Shown: positions 12,707 through 22,027 of the stretch, piece after piece
Layout: each line of letters opens with the position of its first letter
How positions within the stretch are numbered: the first letter of the stretch is position 1
Origin: Lonepinella koalarum
GTDB lineage: Bacteria > Pseudomonadota > Gammaproteobacteria > Enterobacterales > Pasteurellaceae
Reading direction: 5' to 3'
Assembly (NCBI GenBank): GCA_030525745.1
Contig: JAUNED010000002.1
Span: 46,222-110,221, forward strand
Length of the DNA: 64,000 nt
Program-made: the position numbers and the translations under genes
Notes under the pieces: model-generated
What the model was told of the DNA's origin: nothing
Seen by the model: the letters and a program-made list of their open reading frames with translations, nothing else
Databases searched by the model: none

Positions 12707-13885
12707 ATGAAAAAGAAACCAATCATTATTCTTCTGGCTCTCTTAATTGCCGGTTCATCTACGTATTTTTTTATGCCAAATACAACACAATCCCCTACTT
12801 TTTTAACTGAAGAAGTAAAAAGAACTAATATTTTTAAAACCGTTGTGGCCTCAGGCACAATTGAGAGTGCTAATAAAGTCAATGTAGGTTCTCAAGTTTC
12901 CGGCAAAATTATTCGTCTTTATGTGAAATTAGGTCAGGAAGTTAAACAAGGTGATCTCATTGCTCAAATTGATTCAACGACTCAAATGAATATGTTAAAT
13001 ACAAAAAAAGCGGCATTGGCAAGTTATAAAGCTCAACTTCAAGCTAAAAATACGATTTTTCAGACTGCACTTTCTCAATATGAACGCCAATCTAAACTTT
13101 ACGCACAAAAATCAACCTCCCTTGATAGTATTAATTCTGCAAAGAACAGTTTGGAAATGGCAAAAGCGGAGGTTAAAGTCTTAGAGGAAAATGTGAAACA
13201 AGCGGAAATTGAGGTCAATACTGCGGAAACGAATTTAAACTATACGAAAATTACCTCACCAATTGATGGTACGATTATTTCAACGCCTATTTCGGAAGGA
13301 CAAACGGTTAATGCCAATCAAACAACCCCAACGATTGTCACCGTCGCTAATCTAGACAAAATGCGGATTAAGCCACAAATTGCTGAAGGCGATATTATTC
13401 AGGTCAAAGCCGGTCAGGAAGTCAGGTTTAAAACTTTATCGGATAATAATCAATTTTATCAAGGCATTATTGAAAGTGTTGATCCGGCGACAACCACGAT
13501 AACGGATGCAAGTTCAACAACATCAAGTTTATCAGCAAGTTCTTCATCTGCCAGTGCGGTTTATTATTATGCCAATATGTTAATTGATAATCCCAATCGA
13601 GCGTTACGAATAGGCATGACAACGGAAAATACCATTAAAATTGCTGAAGCAAAAAATGTGCTATCCGTGCCGAATATGGCATTACAACGTCGTGATGAAC
13701 AATATGTGGTGCAAGTATTAAAGGAAAAGGATGAGGTAGAACAACGTATTGTAAATATTGGCATACACAATGATGCCAGAACAGAAATTACATCGGGATT
13801 ACAAGAAGGTGAAATAGTGATCTTGTCACAGGTTTCATCAGGCGAAAAAGTCGGTACACCAATGCGTACTCCAAGATTATTTTAA
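12707..13885 (+). CDS. macA: Periplasmic adaptor (membrane fusion protein) of MacA/HlyD family
   Basis: About 390 aa. N-terminal TM anchor, coiled-coil hairpin, beta-barrel region. Immediately upstream of a MacB-type ABC gene. Start is placed at the first ATG (MKKKPIII…); the track's upstream TTG extension is rejected. Confidence 0.8.
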   Translation: MKKKPIIILLALLIAGSSTYFFMPNTTQSPTFLTEEVKRTNIFKTVVASGTIESANKVNVGSQVSGKIIRLYVKLGQEVKQGDLIAQIDSTTQMNMLNTKKAALASYKAQLQAKNTIFQTALSQYERQSKLYAQKSTSLDSINSAKNSLEMAKAEVKVLEENVKQAEIEVNTAETNLNYTKITSPIDGTIISTPISEGQTVNANQTTPTIVTVANLDKMRIKPQIAEGDIIQVKAGQEVRFKTLSDNNQFYQGIIESVDPATTTITDASSTTSSLSASSSSASAVYYYANMLIDNPNRALRIGMTTENTIKIAEAKNVLSVPNMALQRRDEQYVVQVLKEKDEVEQRIVNIGIHNDARTEITSGLQEGEIVILSQVSSGEKVGTPMRTPRLF

Positions 13886-13900
13886 ACCTGTGGTAGATTT

Positions 13901-15832
13901 ATGAACATTATTGAAATCAATAAACTAAACCACTATTTCGGTGAGGAAGAAAATCGAGTTCATATCCTAAAAGATATTTCGTTGCATATAGAAAAAGGCG
14001 ACTTTGTTGCGATTATTGGACAATCAGGTTCAGGTAAATCCACCTTAATGAATATCATTGGCTGTTTAGATACACCAAGTAGCGGATCCTATAAAATTCA
14101 TGGGAGAGAAACAGCAAAACTAAATTCAGATGAACTTTCTGATTTACGCAGTCAAAAATTTGGCTTTATTTTTCAACGTTACAATTTGCTCTCTACTCTC
14201 TCTGCTAAAGAAAATGTCGCTTTACCGGCGATTTATGCAGGTCAATCACAAAATGAACGCTTGGCTCGCGCTACTCAATTATTAAAAAAATTAGGGTTAA
14301 ATGATAAACAGGAAAACAAACCTAACCAGCTTTCCGGAGGGCAACAGCAACGAGTGAGTATTGCGAGAGCCCTAATGAATGGCGGTGAAATTATTTTAGC
14401 CGACGAACCAACCGGTGCATTAGATTCACATAGCGGTGCAAATGTCCTGTCTATTCTACATGAATTACACCGTGAAGGGCATACCATTATTATGGTAACA
14501 CACGATAAAGAGATTGCAGATCAAGCGAATCGCATTATTGAAATTAAAGACGGTGAGATTATTGCTGATACACAAAAATATACAGTAAAAAGTGCGGTAG
14601 AAAATACCCCTGTTTTAAAAAAAGCTGTGGGTTTTAGCAAAGATCAACTGATTGAAGCTTTCCGTATGTCCGTCAGTGCCATTATTGCCCATAAAATGCG
14701 TTCCTTATTAACTATGTTAGGTATTATTATTGGGATTACCTCTGTGGTGTCCGTTGTTGCATTAGGTAATGGTTCTCAGCAGAAAATTCTTTCTAATATT
14801 AATGGGTTAGGTACAAATACCATGACTATTTTTAACGGCACGGGATTTGGTGATCGTTGGGCTGCGCATATGCAAAATTTAACTGTTGCCGATGCTACTG
14901 CTTTAGAACAACAAAGCTATATTCAATATGTTACGCCTAATAATTCAACCAGTGGTTTAATAGTATATGGAAATCAATCCTTTGCATCTTCTAATATGCG
15001 TGGTGTCGGTGAACAATTTTTTTCGGTAGAAGGGCAAAAATTAACTCAAGGGCGGTTAATTTCCGAACAAGACATTGTAGACAGTGGTTCCGTGGCTATT
15101 TTAGATGAAAAATCAAAAAGGGCGATTTTTCCCAATGAAAATCCTATCGGAAAAATTGTGCATTTTGCTCAAAGACCATTACGAGTGATTGGTATCGTTT
15201 CAGATCGTCAAATGTCCTCACCTAACAGCACGTTGAATATATATATTCCCTATACTACGCTAATGCATAAAATTACAGGGGGAAATAAAATTAATTCAAT
15301 TACAGTCAAAATTGCTGATAATGTAAATACAATAGTCGCTGAAAAAGGCATTACCGAACTTTTAACTGCTCGTCACGGTAAAAAAGATTTCTTTATTATG
15401 AACACGGATACTATTAAGCAAACCGTAGAAAGTACAACAGGCACAATGAAATTGCTTATTTCTTCCATCGCATTTATTTCCTTGATTGTAGGCGGAATCG
15501 GGGTGATGAATATTATGTTGGTTTCTGTGACTGAGCGGACAAAAGAAATTGGTGTGCGTATGGCTATTGGAGCAAGAAAACGGCATATTTTGCTTCAATT
15601 TTTAATTGAAGCTGTATTAATTTGTGTAATTGGTGGTGTGTCCGGTATTTTGCTTTCATTAATTATAGGTAGCCTTTTTAATTTGTTTATTCAAGATTTC
15701 CCTATGGCTTTTTCAACTTTTTCAGTGGTGGCCGCTATTTTGTTTTCCAGCCTGATTGGTATTATGTTTGGTTATATGCCGGCAAAAAAAGCTGCTCAGT
15801 TAGATCCAATTATAGCATTGGCTCGGGAATAA
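13901..15832 (+). CDS. macB: MacB-type ABC transporter (ATPase fused to FtsX-like permease)
   Basis: 643 aa. Walker A GQSGSGKST, signature LSGGQQQRVSIARAL, Walker B ILADEPTGALD, C-terminal 4-TM FtsX domain. Confidence 0.9.
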   Translation: MNIIEINKLNHYFGEEENRVHILKDISLHIEKGDFVAIIGQSGSGKSTLMNIIGCLDTPSSGSYKIHGRETAKLNSDELSDLRSQKFGFIFQRYNLLSTLSAKENVALPAIYAGQSQNERLARATQLLKKLGLNDKQENKPNQLSGGQQQRVSIARALMNGGEIILADEPTGALDSHSGANVLSILHELHREGHTIIMVTHDKEIADQANRIIEIKDGEIIADTQKYTVKSAVENTPVLKKAVGFSKDQLIEAFRMSVSAIIAHKMRSLLTMLGIIIGITSVVSVVALGNGSQQKILSNINGLGTNTMTIFNGTGFGDRWAAHMQNLTVADATALEQQSYIQYVTPNNSTSGLIVYGNQSFASSNMRGVGEQFFSVEGQKLTQGRLISEQDIVDSGSVAILDEKSKRAIFPNENPIGKIVHFAQRPLRVIGIVSDRQMSSPNSTLNIYIPYTTLMHKITGGNKINSITVKIADNVNTIVAEKGITELLTARHGKKDFFIMNTDTIKQTVESTTGTMKLLISSIAFISLIVGGIGVMNIMLVSVTERTKEIGVRMAIGARKRHILLQFLIEAVLICVIGGVSGILLSLIIGSLFNLFIQDFPMAFSTFSVVAAILFSSLIGIMFGYMPAKKAAQLDPIIALARE

Positions 15833-15981
15833 TTTTGTTTCTGTGGTAGAAAAAAACAAAATTTCTGTTAAAATAATTAAAAATGAACGAACGTTCATTT
15901 AGTGAAAAATAGAATAAAAAAGAAGTGCGGTCAAAATTATCGAATTTCTGACCGCACTTTCTTAGTAAATAAGGATAATTT

Positions 15982-17361
15982 ATGCTAAAACTCAATAAAA
16001 TTGCTTTAGGTCTACTGATTTCCAGCGCATTAGCCGGTTGTGCAAACATTAGTGACAGTTATAAGACTAGTCAAGAAGATTACAACCAATATGCAGAATT
16101 GACCCGGCAATATCAAGTGAAAGAAGATTGGTGGTCGCTATATGGCGATATGCAATTAAATAAAGTGGTTGAACAAGCTTTAGCTAATAATAAAGACTTG
16201 GCAAAAGCCGCAATTGCAGTAAACCAAGCCTTATACAATGCAAACTTATTGGGTGCAGATTTAGTACCAAATTTCAGTGGCACACAATCGGGATCCAACT
16301 CAACTGCTTCTCGCCCGATTGATACCTCAGCCAATTCAACTATTCGTCATACAGGCTCCTTGCAAGTCAGCTATACACTGGACTTATGGCGCCGTTTGGC
16401 CAATATGGCTTCGGCTGCGGAATGGACTCACGCAGCTACCGAACAAGATTTAGAAGCTACTCGTTTATCTTTAATAAACTCTGTCGTACTCAGTTATTAT
16501 CAAATGGCATATTTAAATGATGCTATTATTGCAACCAATGACAGTATCAAATATTACACTCAAATCAATCAGATTATGCAAAATCGTATGGCACAAGGTG
16601 TTGCTGATAGAGCAAGTGCAGATCAAGCACAACAAGCTGTTTTAGCTGCTCGTAATAATTTAATCAATTATGAAACACAACGGAAAACTGCCGAAAAAAC
16701 TTTGCGTAACTTATTGAATTTAAAACCAAATGAATCATTAAATATTCAATTTCCTCATATTTTGGATGTAAAAGAAACTAAAGTAAATTTAAATGTGCCT
16801 GTTTCTACTATTGCCAATCGTCCTGATGTAAAAGCAAATTTATTCCGTTTAAGCAGCGCATTTAATAATACAAAAGCTATGCAAAAATCTTGGTTCCCAA
16901 CGATCAGTTTAGGTGGCTCGATTTCTTCTTCAGGTAATAAAGTCAATAATGCCTTTGAAAATCCGATGGCGGCTGGTACTTTAGGCATCAGCTTGCCTTT
17001 CTTGGATTGGAATCATGTGAGATGGAATGTAAAAATTTCTGAAGCGGCTTATGAAACAGCCCGTTTGAACTATGAAAAAGGTATCACAACCGCATTAAAT
17101 GATATTGATACCAATTATTTTACATATACCCAAGCACGCCAAAGTTTTGCGAATTTGAAACAAAAATACGAATATGATCAACGTATTACCCAATATTATC
17201 GTAATCGTTATAATGCAGGTGTTTCCGAGTTAAGAGAATGGCTGGTTGCCGCCAATACGGAAAAAGCCTCACAATTGGCGATTTTGAATGCCAAATATCA
17301 ATTAATCCAAAATGAAAATGCCATTTATAGCTCAATGGGTGGCTATTACTCCACAAAGTAA
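15982..17361 (+). CDS. TolC/NodT-family outer-membrane efflux lipoprotein (TdeA-like)
   Basis: 459 aa with lipoprotein signal (…LISSALAGC). Two repeats of OMF coiled-coil/barrel type. Follows macAB, as tdeA does in Aggregatibacter. Confidence 0.8.
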   Translation: MLKLNKIALGLLISSALAGCANISDSYKTSQEDYNQYAELTRQYQVKEDWWSLYGDMQLNKVVEQALANNKDLAKAAIAVNQALYNANLLGADLVPNFSGTQSGSNSTASRPIDTSANSTIRHTGSLQVSYTLDLWRRLANMASAAEWTHAATEQDLEATRLSLINSVVLSYYQMAYLNDAIIATNDSIKYYTQINQIMQNRMAQGVADRASADQAQQAVLAARNNLINYETQRKTAEKTLRNLLNLKPNESLNIQFPHILDVKETKVNLNVPVSTIANRPDVKANLFRLSSAFNNTKAMQKSWFPTISLGGSISSSGNKVNNAFENPMAAGTLGISLPFLDWNHVRWNVKISEAAYETARLNYEKGITTALNDIDTNYFTYTQARQSFANLKQKYEYDQRITQYYRNRYNAGVSELREWLVAANTEKASQLAILNAKYQLIQNENAIYSSMGGYYSTK

Positions 17362-17376
17362 AATAAACATCATAGA

Positions 17377-17400
17377 AAGGCTGTTTTACAGCCTTTTTTA
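17377..17400 (+). terminator. Rho-independent terminator after the OMF gene
   Basis: AAAGGCTGT-ttta-CAGCCTTT plus TTTTA. Confidence 0.6.
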
Positions 17401-17423
17401 AAGCGCATTTTTAGGTTATATCA

Positions 17424-18269
17424 ATGTTAAATAAATTTGATTATTGGCTCATTCATCATACAATAAATCCAGAATTGAAAGGCATAAAACGCTTTTTAAT
17501 CGAATTTTTATTTTTTGGACTGAAAGAAGCAAGAGCTTGTTTATTTGCCGGATTATTTTTTATTGCAATGTTTATGGTTCCTAAAGCCGGTATATTAGGA
17601 TTACCCCGTTACGATGTCTTATTAATATTTGCTCTTGCGGTACAAGTTGCCATGTTTTATTTCAAGTTAGAAACTTGGGATGAAATAAAATCTATCACTT
17701 TATTTCATATCGTAGGTTTTGCCTTAGAACTCTTTAAAACCTCAGCCTCTATTCAATCTTGGGCTTATCCTGATTTTGCCTATACCAAAATCGGCGGCGT
17801 TCCTTTATTCACTGGTTTTATGTATGCAGCGGTAGGCAGTTATATTATTCAGGCATGGCGATTATTCGATCTAAAAATTCATAGCCATCCCCCCTATTGG
17901 CTGGCAACATTAAGTGCGGTATTAATTTACTTAAATTTCTTTACTCATCACTATATTGGCGATTATCGTTGGTATTTTACAGCCTTTGTTTTAGGGTTAT
18001 ATGCTCGTACAATAGTAAGTTTCAAACCTTATGATGTTCATCGCCAAATGCCATTATTGCTTTCCTTTGTTTTAATCGGTTTCTTTATTTGGCTGGCTGA
18101 AAATATTGGCACAATTGCCGGTATTTGGCGTTATCCAAATCAGATTGGTGCTTGGTCTATGGTACATTTAGGTAAATGGAATTCTTGGGCATTATTAGTC
18201 ATTATGACATTCACTATTATTGCCAATTTAAAGCATATAAAACATAGTATTCAAGTGTCTAAAGACTAA
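17424..18269 (+). CDS. Integral membrane protein of unknown function (possibly DUF817-like)
   Basis: 281 aa with about 8 TM segments and no catalytic motifs. The family assignment is from memory only. Confidence 0.55.
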   Translation: MLNKFDYWLIHHTINPELKGIKRFLIEFLFFGLKEARACLFAGLFFIAMFMVPKAGILGLPRYDVLLIFALAVQVAMFYFKLETWDEIKSITLFHIVGFALELFKTSASIQSWAYPDFAYTKIGGVPLFTGFMYAAVGSYIIQAWRLFDLKIHSHPPYWLATLSAVLIYLNFFTHHYIGDYRWYFTAFVLGLYARTIVSFKPYDVHRQMPLLLSFVLIGFFIWLAENIGTIAGIWRYPNQIGAWSMVHLGKWNSWALLVIMTFTIIANLKHIKHSIQVSKD

Positions 18270-18299
18270 AAAAGACAAGGTAAAAACCTTGTCTTTTTG
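18267..18299. terminator. Bidirectional terminator between membrane-protein gene and cspD
   Basis: AAAAA-AGACAAGG-taaaaa-CCTTGTCT-TTTT. A-run and T-run flank a 9-bp stem between convergent genes. Confidence 0.6.
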
Positions 18300-18360
18300 C
18301 ATTATTGGACTTTTAAATTTTTAAATTAAGAGGGAATTTCACAACTCGCTAATAGGGGGA

Positions 18361-18570
18361 TTATTCAACAAGAGGAATAATTTTGGTCGCATGAGAGCCT
18401 TTTTCGCCATGTAAAACATCAAAATTGACTTTTTGCCCGGCTTTTAATGAACGATATCCATCCATTTCAATTACAGAATAATGAGCAAAAATATCTACAT
18501 CACTCCCTTCTGCATTGATGAAGCCGAATCCTTTTGCATTATTAAACCATTTTACAACACCAACTTCCAT
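18361..18570 (-). CDS. cspD: Cold-shock domain protein CspD-like
   Basis: 69 aa. Motif VKWFNNAKGFGFI…DIFAHYS. Confidence 0.85.
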   Translation of the reverse strand: MEVGVVKWFNNAKGFGFINAEGSDVDIFAHYSVIEMDGYRSLKAGQKVNFDVLHGEKGSHATKIIPLVE

Positions 18571-18710
18571 ACTATACCTCTATGGTTAAATAGATTTACA
18601 ACAAAATAAGGCAATTGCCCTATCACTGTCGGCATATTGGTATAAAACCTGAGATTATGCAACTACCAATATTTAAAAATGCTACATAGATCACAAAATT
18701 TTTTTACTTT

Positions 18711-18851
18711 TTATTCGGTAGATTGTAATTGAGGTATTTTTTCTATTGTTTTTTCGTAGTGGCAGGAACGATAGGTGAATGCACTGAGTAAAACAATCAG
18801 CATAATTAAAATCTGTAGCAATCGCTTTTTAGTCAGTTTTTCTGCGGCCAT
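18711..18851 (-). CDS. Small single-pass membrane protein (46 aa; MAAEKLTKKRLLQILIMLIVLLSAFTYRSCHYEK…)
   Basis: Hand-translated. Strong SD (TAGGAGTAAAAAATG). One hydrophobic helix. Divergent from fnr. Confidence 0.4.
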   Translation of the reverse strand: MAAEKLTKKRLLQILIMLIVLLSAFTYRSCHYEKTIEKIPQLQSTE

Positions 18852-18909
18852 TTTTTACTCCTAAACACATTTATTACTTCTTAAACAGCCTGTTTAATGG
18901 TATTATTTA

Positions 18910-18923
18910 TTGAGTTAGATCAA
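18910..18923. promoter_or_regulatory. FNR box (TTGAG-TTAG-ATCAA) in the fnr / small-ORF divergent promoter region
   Basis: Matches the FNR consensus TTGAT-N4-ATCAA with 1 mismatch. Centred about 32 bp upstream of the fnr ATG. Confidence 0.5.
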
Positions 18924-18948
18924 TATTATCACATTTTATTAGAACAAA

Positions 18949-19725
18949 ATGAAAGTTTTAAATCTCGAACCCAATAAAATTGGTCGTAAAATTCAATCCG
19001 GTGGTTGTGCTATTCATTGTCAAGATTGCAGTATCAGCCAACTTTGTATTCCTTTTACGCTCAATGAACATGAACTTGACCAGCTTGATAACATTATCGA
19101 ACGGAAAAAACCGATTCAAAAATCACAAGTCTTATTCAAAGCCGGTGATAAACTAAATTCGATTTATGCTATTCGTTCCGGCACCATTAAATCTTATACG
19201 ATCAGTGAAACAGGTGAAGAACAAATTACTTCTTTTCACTTACCGGGTGATTTAGTGGGCTTTGATGCCATTATGAATATGGAACATCCAAGTTTTGCAG
19301 AAGCATTAGAAACCGCTATGGTATGTGAAATTCCTTTCGATATTTTAGATGATCTTTCAGGTAAAATGCCAAAACTTCGCCAGCAAATTATGCGTTTGAT
19401 GAGTAATGAGATTAAAAGTGATCAGGAAATGATTTTATTACTTTCTAAAATGAACGCAGAAGAACGTTTAGCCGCTTTTATTCATAATTTATCTAAACGC
19501 TACTCGGCTCGAGGCTTTTCTGCTCGAGAATTTCGTTTAACAATGACCCGAGGTGATATTGGTAATTATTTAGGCTTAACCGTTGAAACGATCAGTCGTT
19601 TACTTGGCCGTTTTCAAAAAAGTGGAATGATTTCTGTGCAGGGGAAATATATCACGATTAATGATATGAATGCGCTATCTGAAATGGCACATTCTACCAA
19701 ACCAAAAACCAAAAGCTCGGTCTAA
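18949..19725 (+). CDS. fnr: Fumarate/nitrate reduction transcriptional regulator FNR
   Basis: 258 aa. N-terminal Cys cluster [14 protein letters not shown]. Near-identical blocks to E. coli FNR throughout, including the E-SR HTH. Confidence 0.95.
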   Translation: MKVLNLEPNKIGRKIQSGGCAIHCQDCSISQLCIPFTLNEHELDQLDNIIERKKPIQKSQVLFKAGDKLNSIYAIRSGTIKSYTISETGEEQITSFHLPGDLVGFDAIMNMEHPSFAEALETAMVCEIPFDILDDLSGKMPKLRQQIMRLMSNEIKSDQEMILLLSKMNAEERLAAFIHNLSKRYSARGFSAREFRLTMTRGDIGNYLGLTVETISRLLGRFQKSGMISVQGKYITINDMNALSEMAHSTKPKTKSSV

Positions 19726-19749
19726 ACTCACCATACTTTTCATTTTTTA

Positions 19750-19791
19750 CTGTGAAGTAATTTAAAAAAACGTGCGTTACTTCACAGTTTT
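19750..19791 (+). terminator. Terminator after fnr
   Basis: 11-bp stem CTGTGAAGTAA/TTACTTCACAG followed by TTTTC. Confidence 0.55.
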
Positions 19792-19867
19792 CACTTTTCT
19801 ATCTTGTCATTTTTTATGATCTACTCTATGCTACGCCCAAATAATTAACTTATGGGAATGCAACCTA

Positions 19868-20788
19868 ATGAAATTTAATCATATTCTTGTTATTTTAAAT
19901 CCGGAAAATGATAAACAATATGCTTTAGCTCGAGCAGTTCGTTTGGTGGATGAACAAAAAAGTGAAACGTCCGTAAAAATTACTTTATTTTTAACAGCTT
20001 ATGAACTTTCCTATGAAATGTCAGCGCTTCTCTCTTCTGATGAGCGACAAGAAATGTTGAATACGGTAATTGCACAACGGAAAAAAGAAATTGAACCTTA
20101 TATAGAAAAATATGCCCATCCACTGATCGAATTTGATGCAAAAGTAGTATGGAACAGTAATGAAGCAGAGGCTATTGCTGCCGAATTTGAACAATATCAA
20201 TATGATCTGGTAGTGAAATACACAAAAGAGGAAGAAAGTCTTGCTTCGCTAATCTTTACACCCATGGATTGGCAATTATTGCGTAAATGCCCTGTGCCTA
20301 TGTTGATGGTGCGTGATGGTGATTGGAAACATCAACGCCGTATTTTAGTGGCAGTGAATGTATCCGGCGATGAAGATTATCATGCGGAATTTAACAAATC
20401 GCTGACATCTATCGGTATTGACTTAGCCACTAATTTAGAACGTGGTAATATTCATTTAGTGGCAGCTTATCCGCCAACACCTGTCAATATGGCAATTGAC
20501 TTACCTGAATTTCATAACACAGAATACACTAACGGTATTCGTGGCCAGCATTTAATTAATATGAAAGCATTGCGACAACAATTCGGTATTAATGAGGATC
20601 ATACCCATGTCCGTGAAGGTTTCCCTGAGGAAGTGATTCCACAAGTAGCAAAAGAGCTTGAAGCTGAATTAGTTGTGCTTGGCACCGTGGGGAGAACCGG
20701 TTTATCTGCTGCTCTACTAGGTAATACCGCAGAGCATGTTATTAGTCGATTAAAATGCAATTTATTAGCTATTAAACCAACAAAATAG
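19868..20788 (+). CDS. uspE: Universal stress protein E (tandem Usp domains)
   Basis: 306 aa. Two UspA-type domains. C-terminal G…VLGTVGRTG…LLGNTAE motif. Confidence 0.8.
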   Translation: MKFNHILVILNPENDKQYALARAVRLVDEQKSETSVKITLFLTAYELSYEMSALLSSDERQEMLNTVIAQRKKEIEPYIEKYAHPLIEFDAKVVWNSNEAEAIAAEFEQYQYDLVVKYTKEEESLASLIFTPMDWQLLRKCPVPMLMVRDGDWKHQRRILVAVNVSGDEDYHAEFNKSLTSIGIDLATNLERGNIHLVAAYPPTPVNMAIDLPEFHNTEYTNGIRGQHLINMKALRQQFGINEDHTHVREGFPEEVIPQVAKELEAELVVLGTVGRTGLSAALLGNTAEHVISRLKCNLLAIKPTK

Positions 20789-20809
20789 TCTAAAAGAAAT
20801 CAATAACTC

Positions 20810-20840
20810 AAAAGTGCGGTAAAAATCACCGCACTTTTTA
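20810..20840 (+). terminator. USS-pair terminator after uspE
   Basis: AAAAGTGCGGT-aaaaatc-ACCGCACTTTTT. Confidence 0.6.
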
Positions 20841-20858
20841 ATGAAAAAGGAATAAAGA

Positions 20859-21179
20859 ATGATTGAAAATACAAGGCTCTCCCCAGATGAAGCCATTGAT
20901 ATGGCGTATGATATTTTTCTTGAAATGGCCGGAGAAAATCTCGATCCCGCTGATATCACGTTATTTAATTTGCAATTTGAAGATCGTGGTGGTGTAGAGT
21001 TTGTGGAAACCGCTGACAACTGGGAAGAAGAAATCGGTGTTCTCATTGATCCTGATGCTTATGCGGAAGTTTGGATTGGCTTAATTAATGAACAAGATGA
21101 AATGGATGATGTGTTTGCTAAATTCCTAATATCTCATCAAGCGGAAGAACGGCAATTTCATGTGATTTGGAAAAAATAA
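20859..21179 (+). CDS. yciU: UPF0263 protein YciU
   Basis: 106 aa. Aligns with E. coli YciU (…YDIFLE…ENLDPAD…LFNLQFE.RGG…). Confidence 0.8.
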   Translation: MIENTRLSPDEAIDMAYDIFLEMAGENLDPADITLFNLQFEDRGGVEFVETADNWEEEIGVLIDPDAYAEVWIGLINEQDEMDDVFAKFLISHQAEERQFHVIWKK

Positions 21180-21206
21180 GGAATAAAAAAGGCAAATTAA
21201 CCTTTT

Positions 21207-21932
21207 TTATTCGTGAATTGTTTTCATATACATCAATCGATCAATATTGTTGAGATACTTTCCTAAATCCCGTTCTTCCGGTTTATGTAAATAAGGAATT
21301 TCACCAAGCAAAGGTGCGTTAATTTTTTGCTGTAGCACCTCGATAATTTCAGCATAGTGGCTAAGACAAGGATTAATACGATTTGCCACCCATCCTAATA
21401 AAGGTACGCCTTTGGCGAGGATAGATTCAGTGGTCATTAAAGCATGGTCAATACAGCCTTCTTTAATCCCTACAACAAGAACCACAGGCATTTTTTTTTC
21501 TTTAATCCAATCAGCAAAACTATATGAACGGTTAATTGGTGTAAGCCAGCCAAAAGAACCTTCGACCAAAACAGATTGATAGCGACTATTTAATGCCTCT
21601 AAATCTCGATTGATTTTATCAATGTTAATTAGTCGGCTATCTTCTGTTAGCATTGGCATTTTATGGCTGAAAGTGTAACTATTAATTTCCTCATAAGTGA
21701 CATTTTCTTGGGTTGAATTGAGTAACGTCATTACATCTGCATTATCTTGTGATGAATAATCGCCTTCCTGTCTTGAAATATGATCAGAATAAACTGGTTC
21801 GTTACAACCGCAGGCAATAGGTTTAAAACCCACTATTTGCACTCCCGACTTCTGTAAAGCTTGAATAATTGCCCGACTACTTACTGTTTTACCCACGCCT
21901 GTATCTGTGCCGGTAACAAAAAAGCAACTCAT
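21207..21932 (-). CDS. bioD: Dethiobiotin synthetase (BioD family ATP-dependent)
   Basis: P-loop FVTGTDTGVGKT. Also …VEGSFGW…LVVG.K.GCI.HA…GWVAN… as in BioD. Start is placed at the ATG preceded by AGAGGG (MSCFF…), not the track's upstream ATG. Confidence 0.8.
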   Translation of the reverse strand: MSCFFVTGTDTGVGKTVSSRAIIQALQKSGVQIVGFKPIACGCNEPVYSDHISRQEGDYSSQDNADVMTLLNSTQENVTYEEINSYTFSHKMPMLTEDSRLINIDKINRDLEALNSRYQSVLVEGSFGWLTPINRSYSFADWIKEKKMPVVLVVGIKEGCIDHALMTTESILAKGVPLLGWVANRINPCLSHYAEIIEVLQQKINAPLLGEIPYLHKPEERDLGKYLNNIDRLMYMKTIHE

Positions 21933-22027
21933 CTTAATACCCTCTTTAATATATTCCAACGCATTCTACTTAGCTATTTAGAGGGAAAATTTGAGCTGGC
22001 TCAATTTTTGTGAAATTTTGTCGCTTT

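Noticed and set aside
15922-15965. Strong terminator between macB and the OMF gene
   Set aside because: The inverted USS pair forms a hairpin but lacks a clean T-run (…CTTTCTTAG). It is recorded only as a possible attenuator in the efflux-cluster finding.
21933-21959. Upstream ATG start for bioD (MEYIKEGIK…)
   Set aside because: AGAGGG SD is correctly spaced for the ATG at 21932. BioD homologues begin at M-S-x-x-F-V-T-G.
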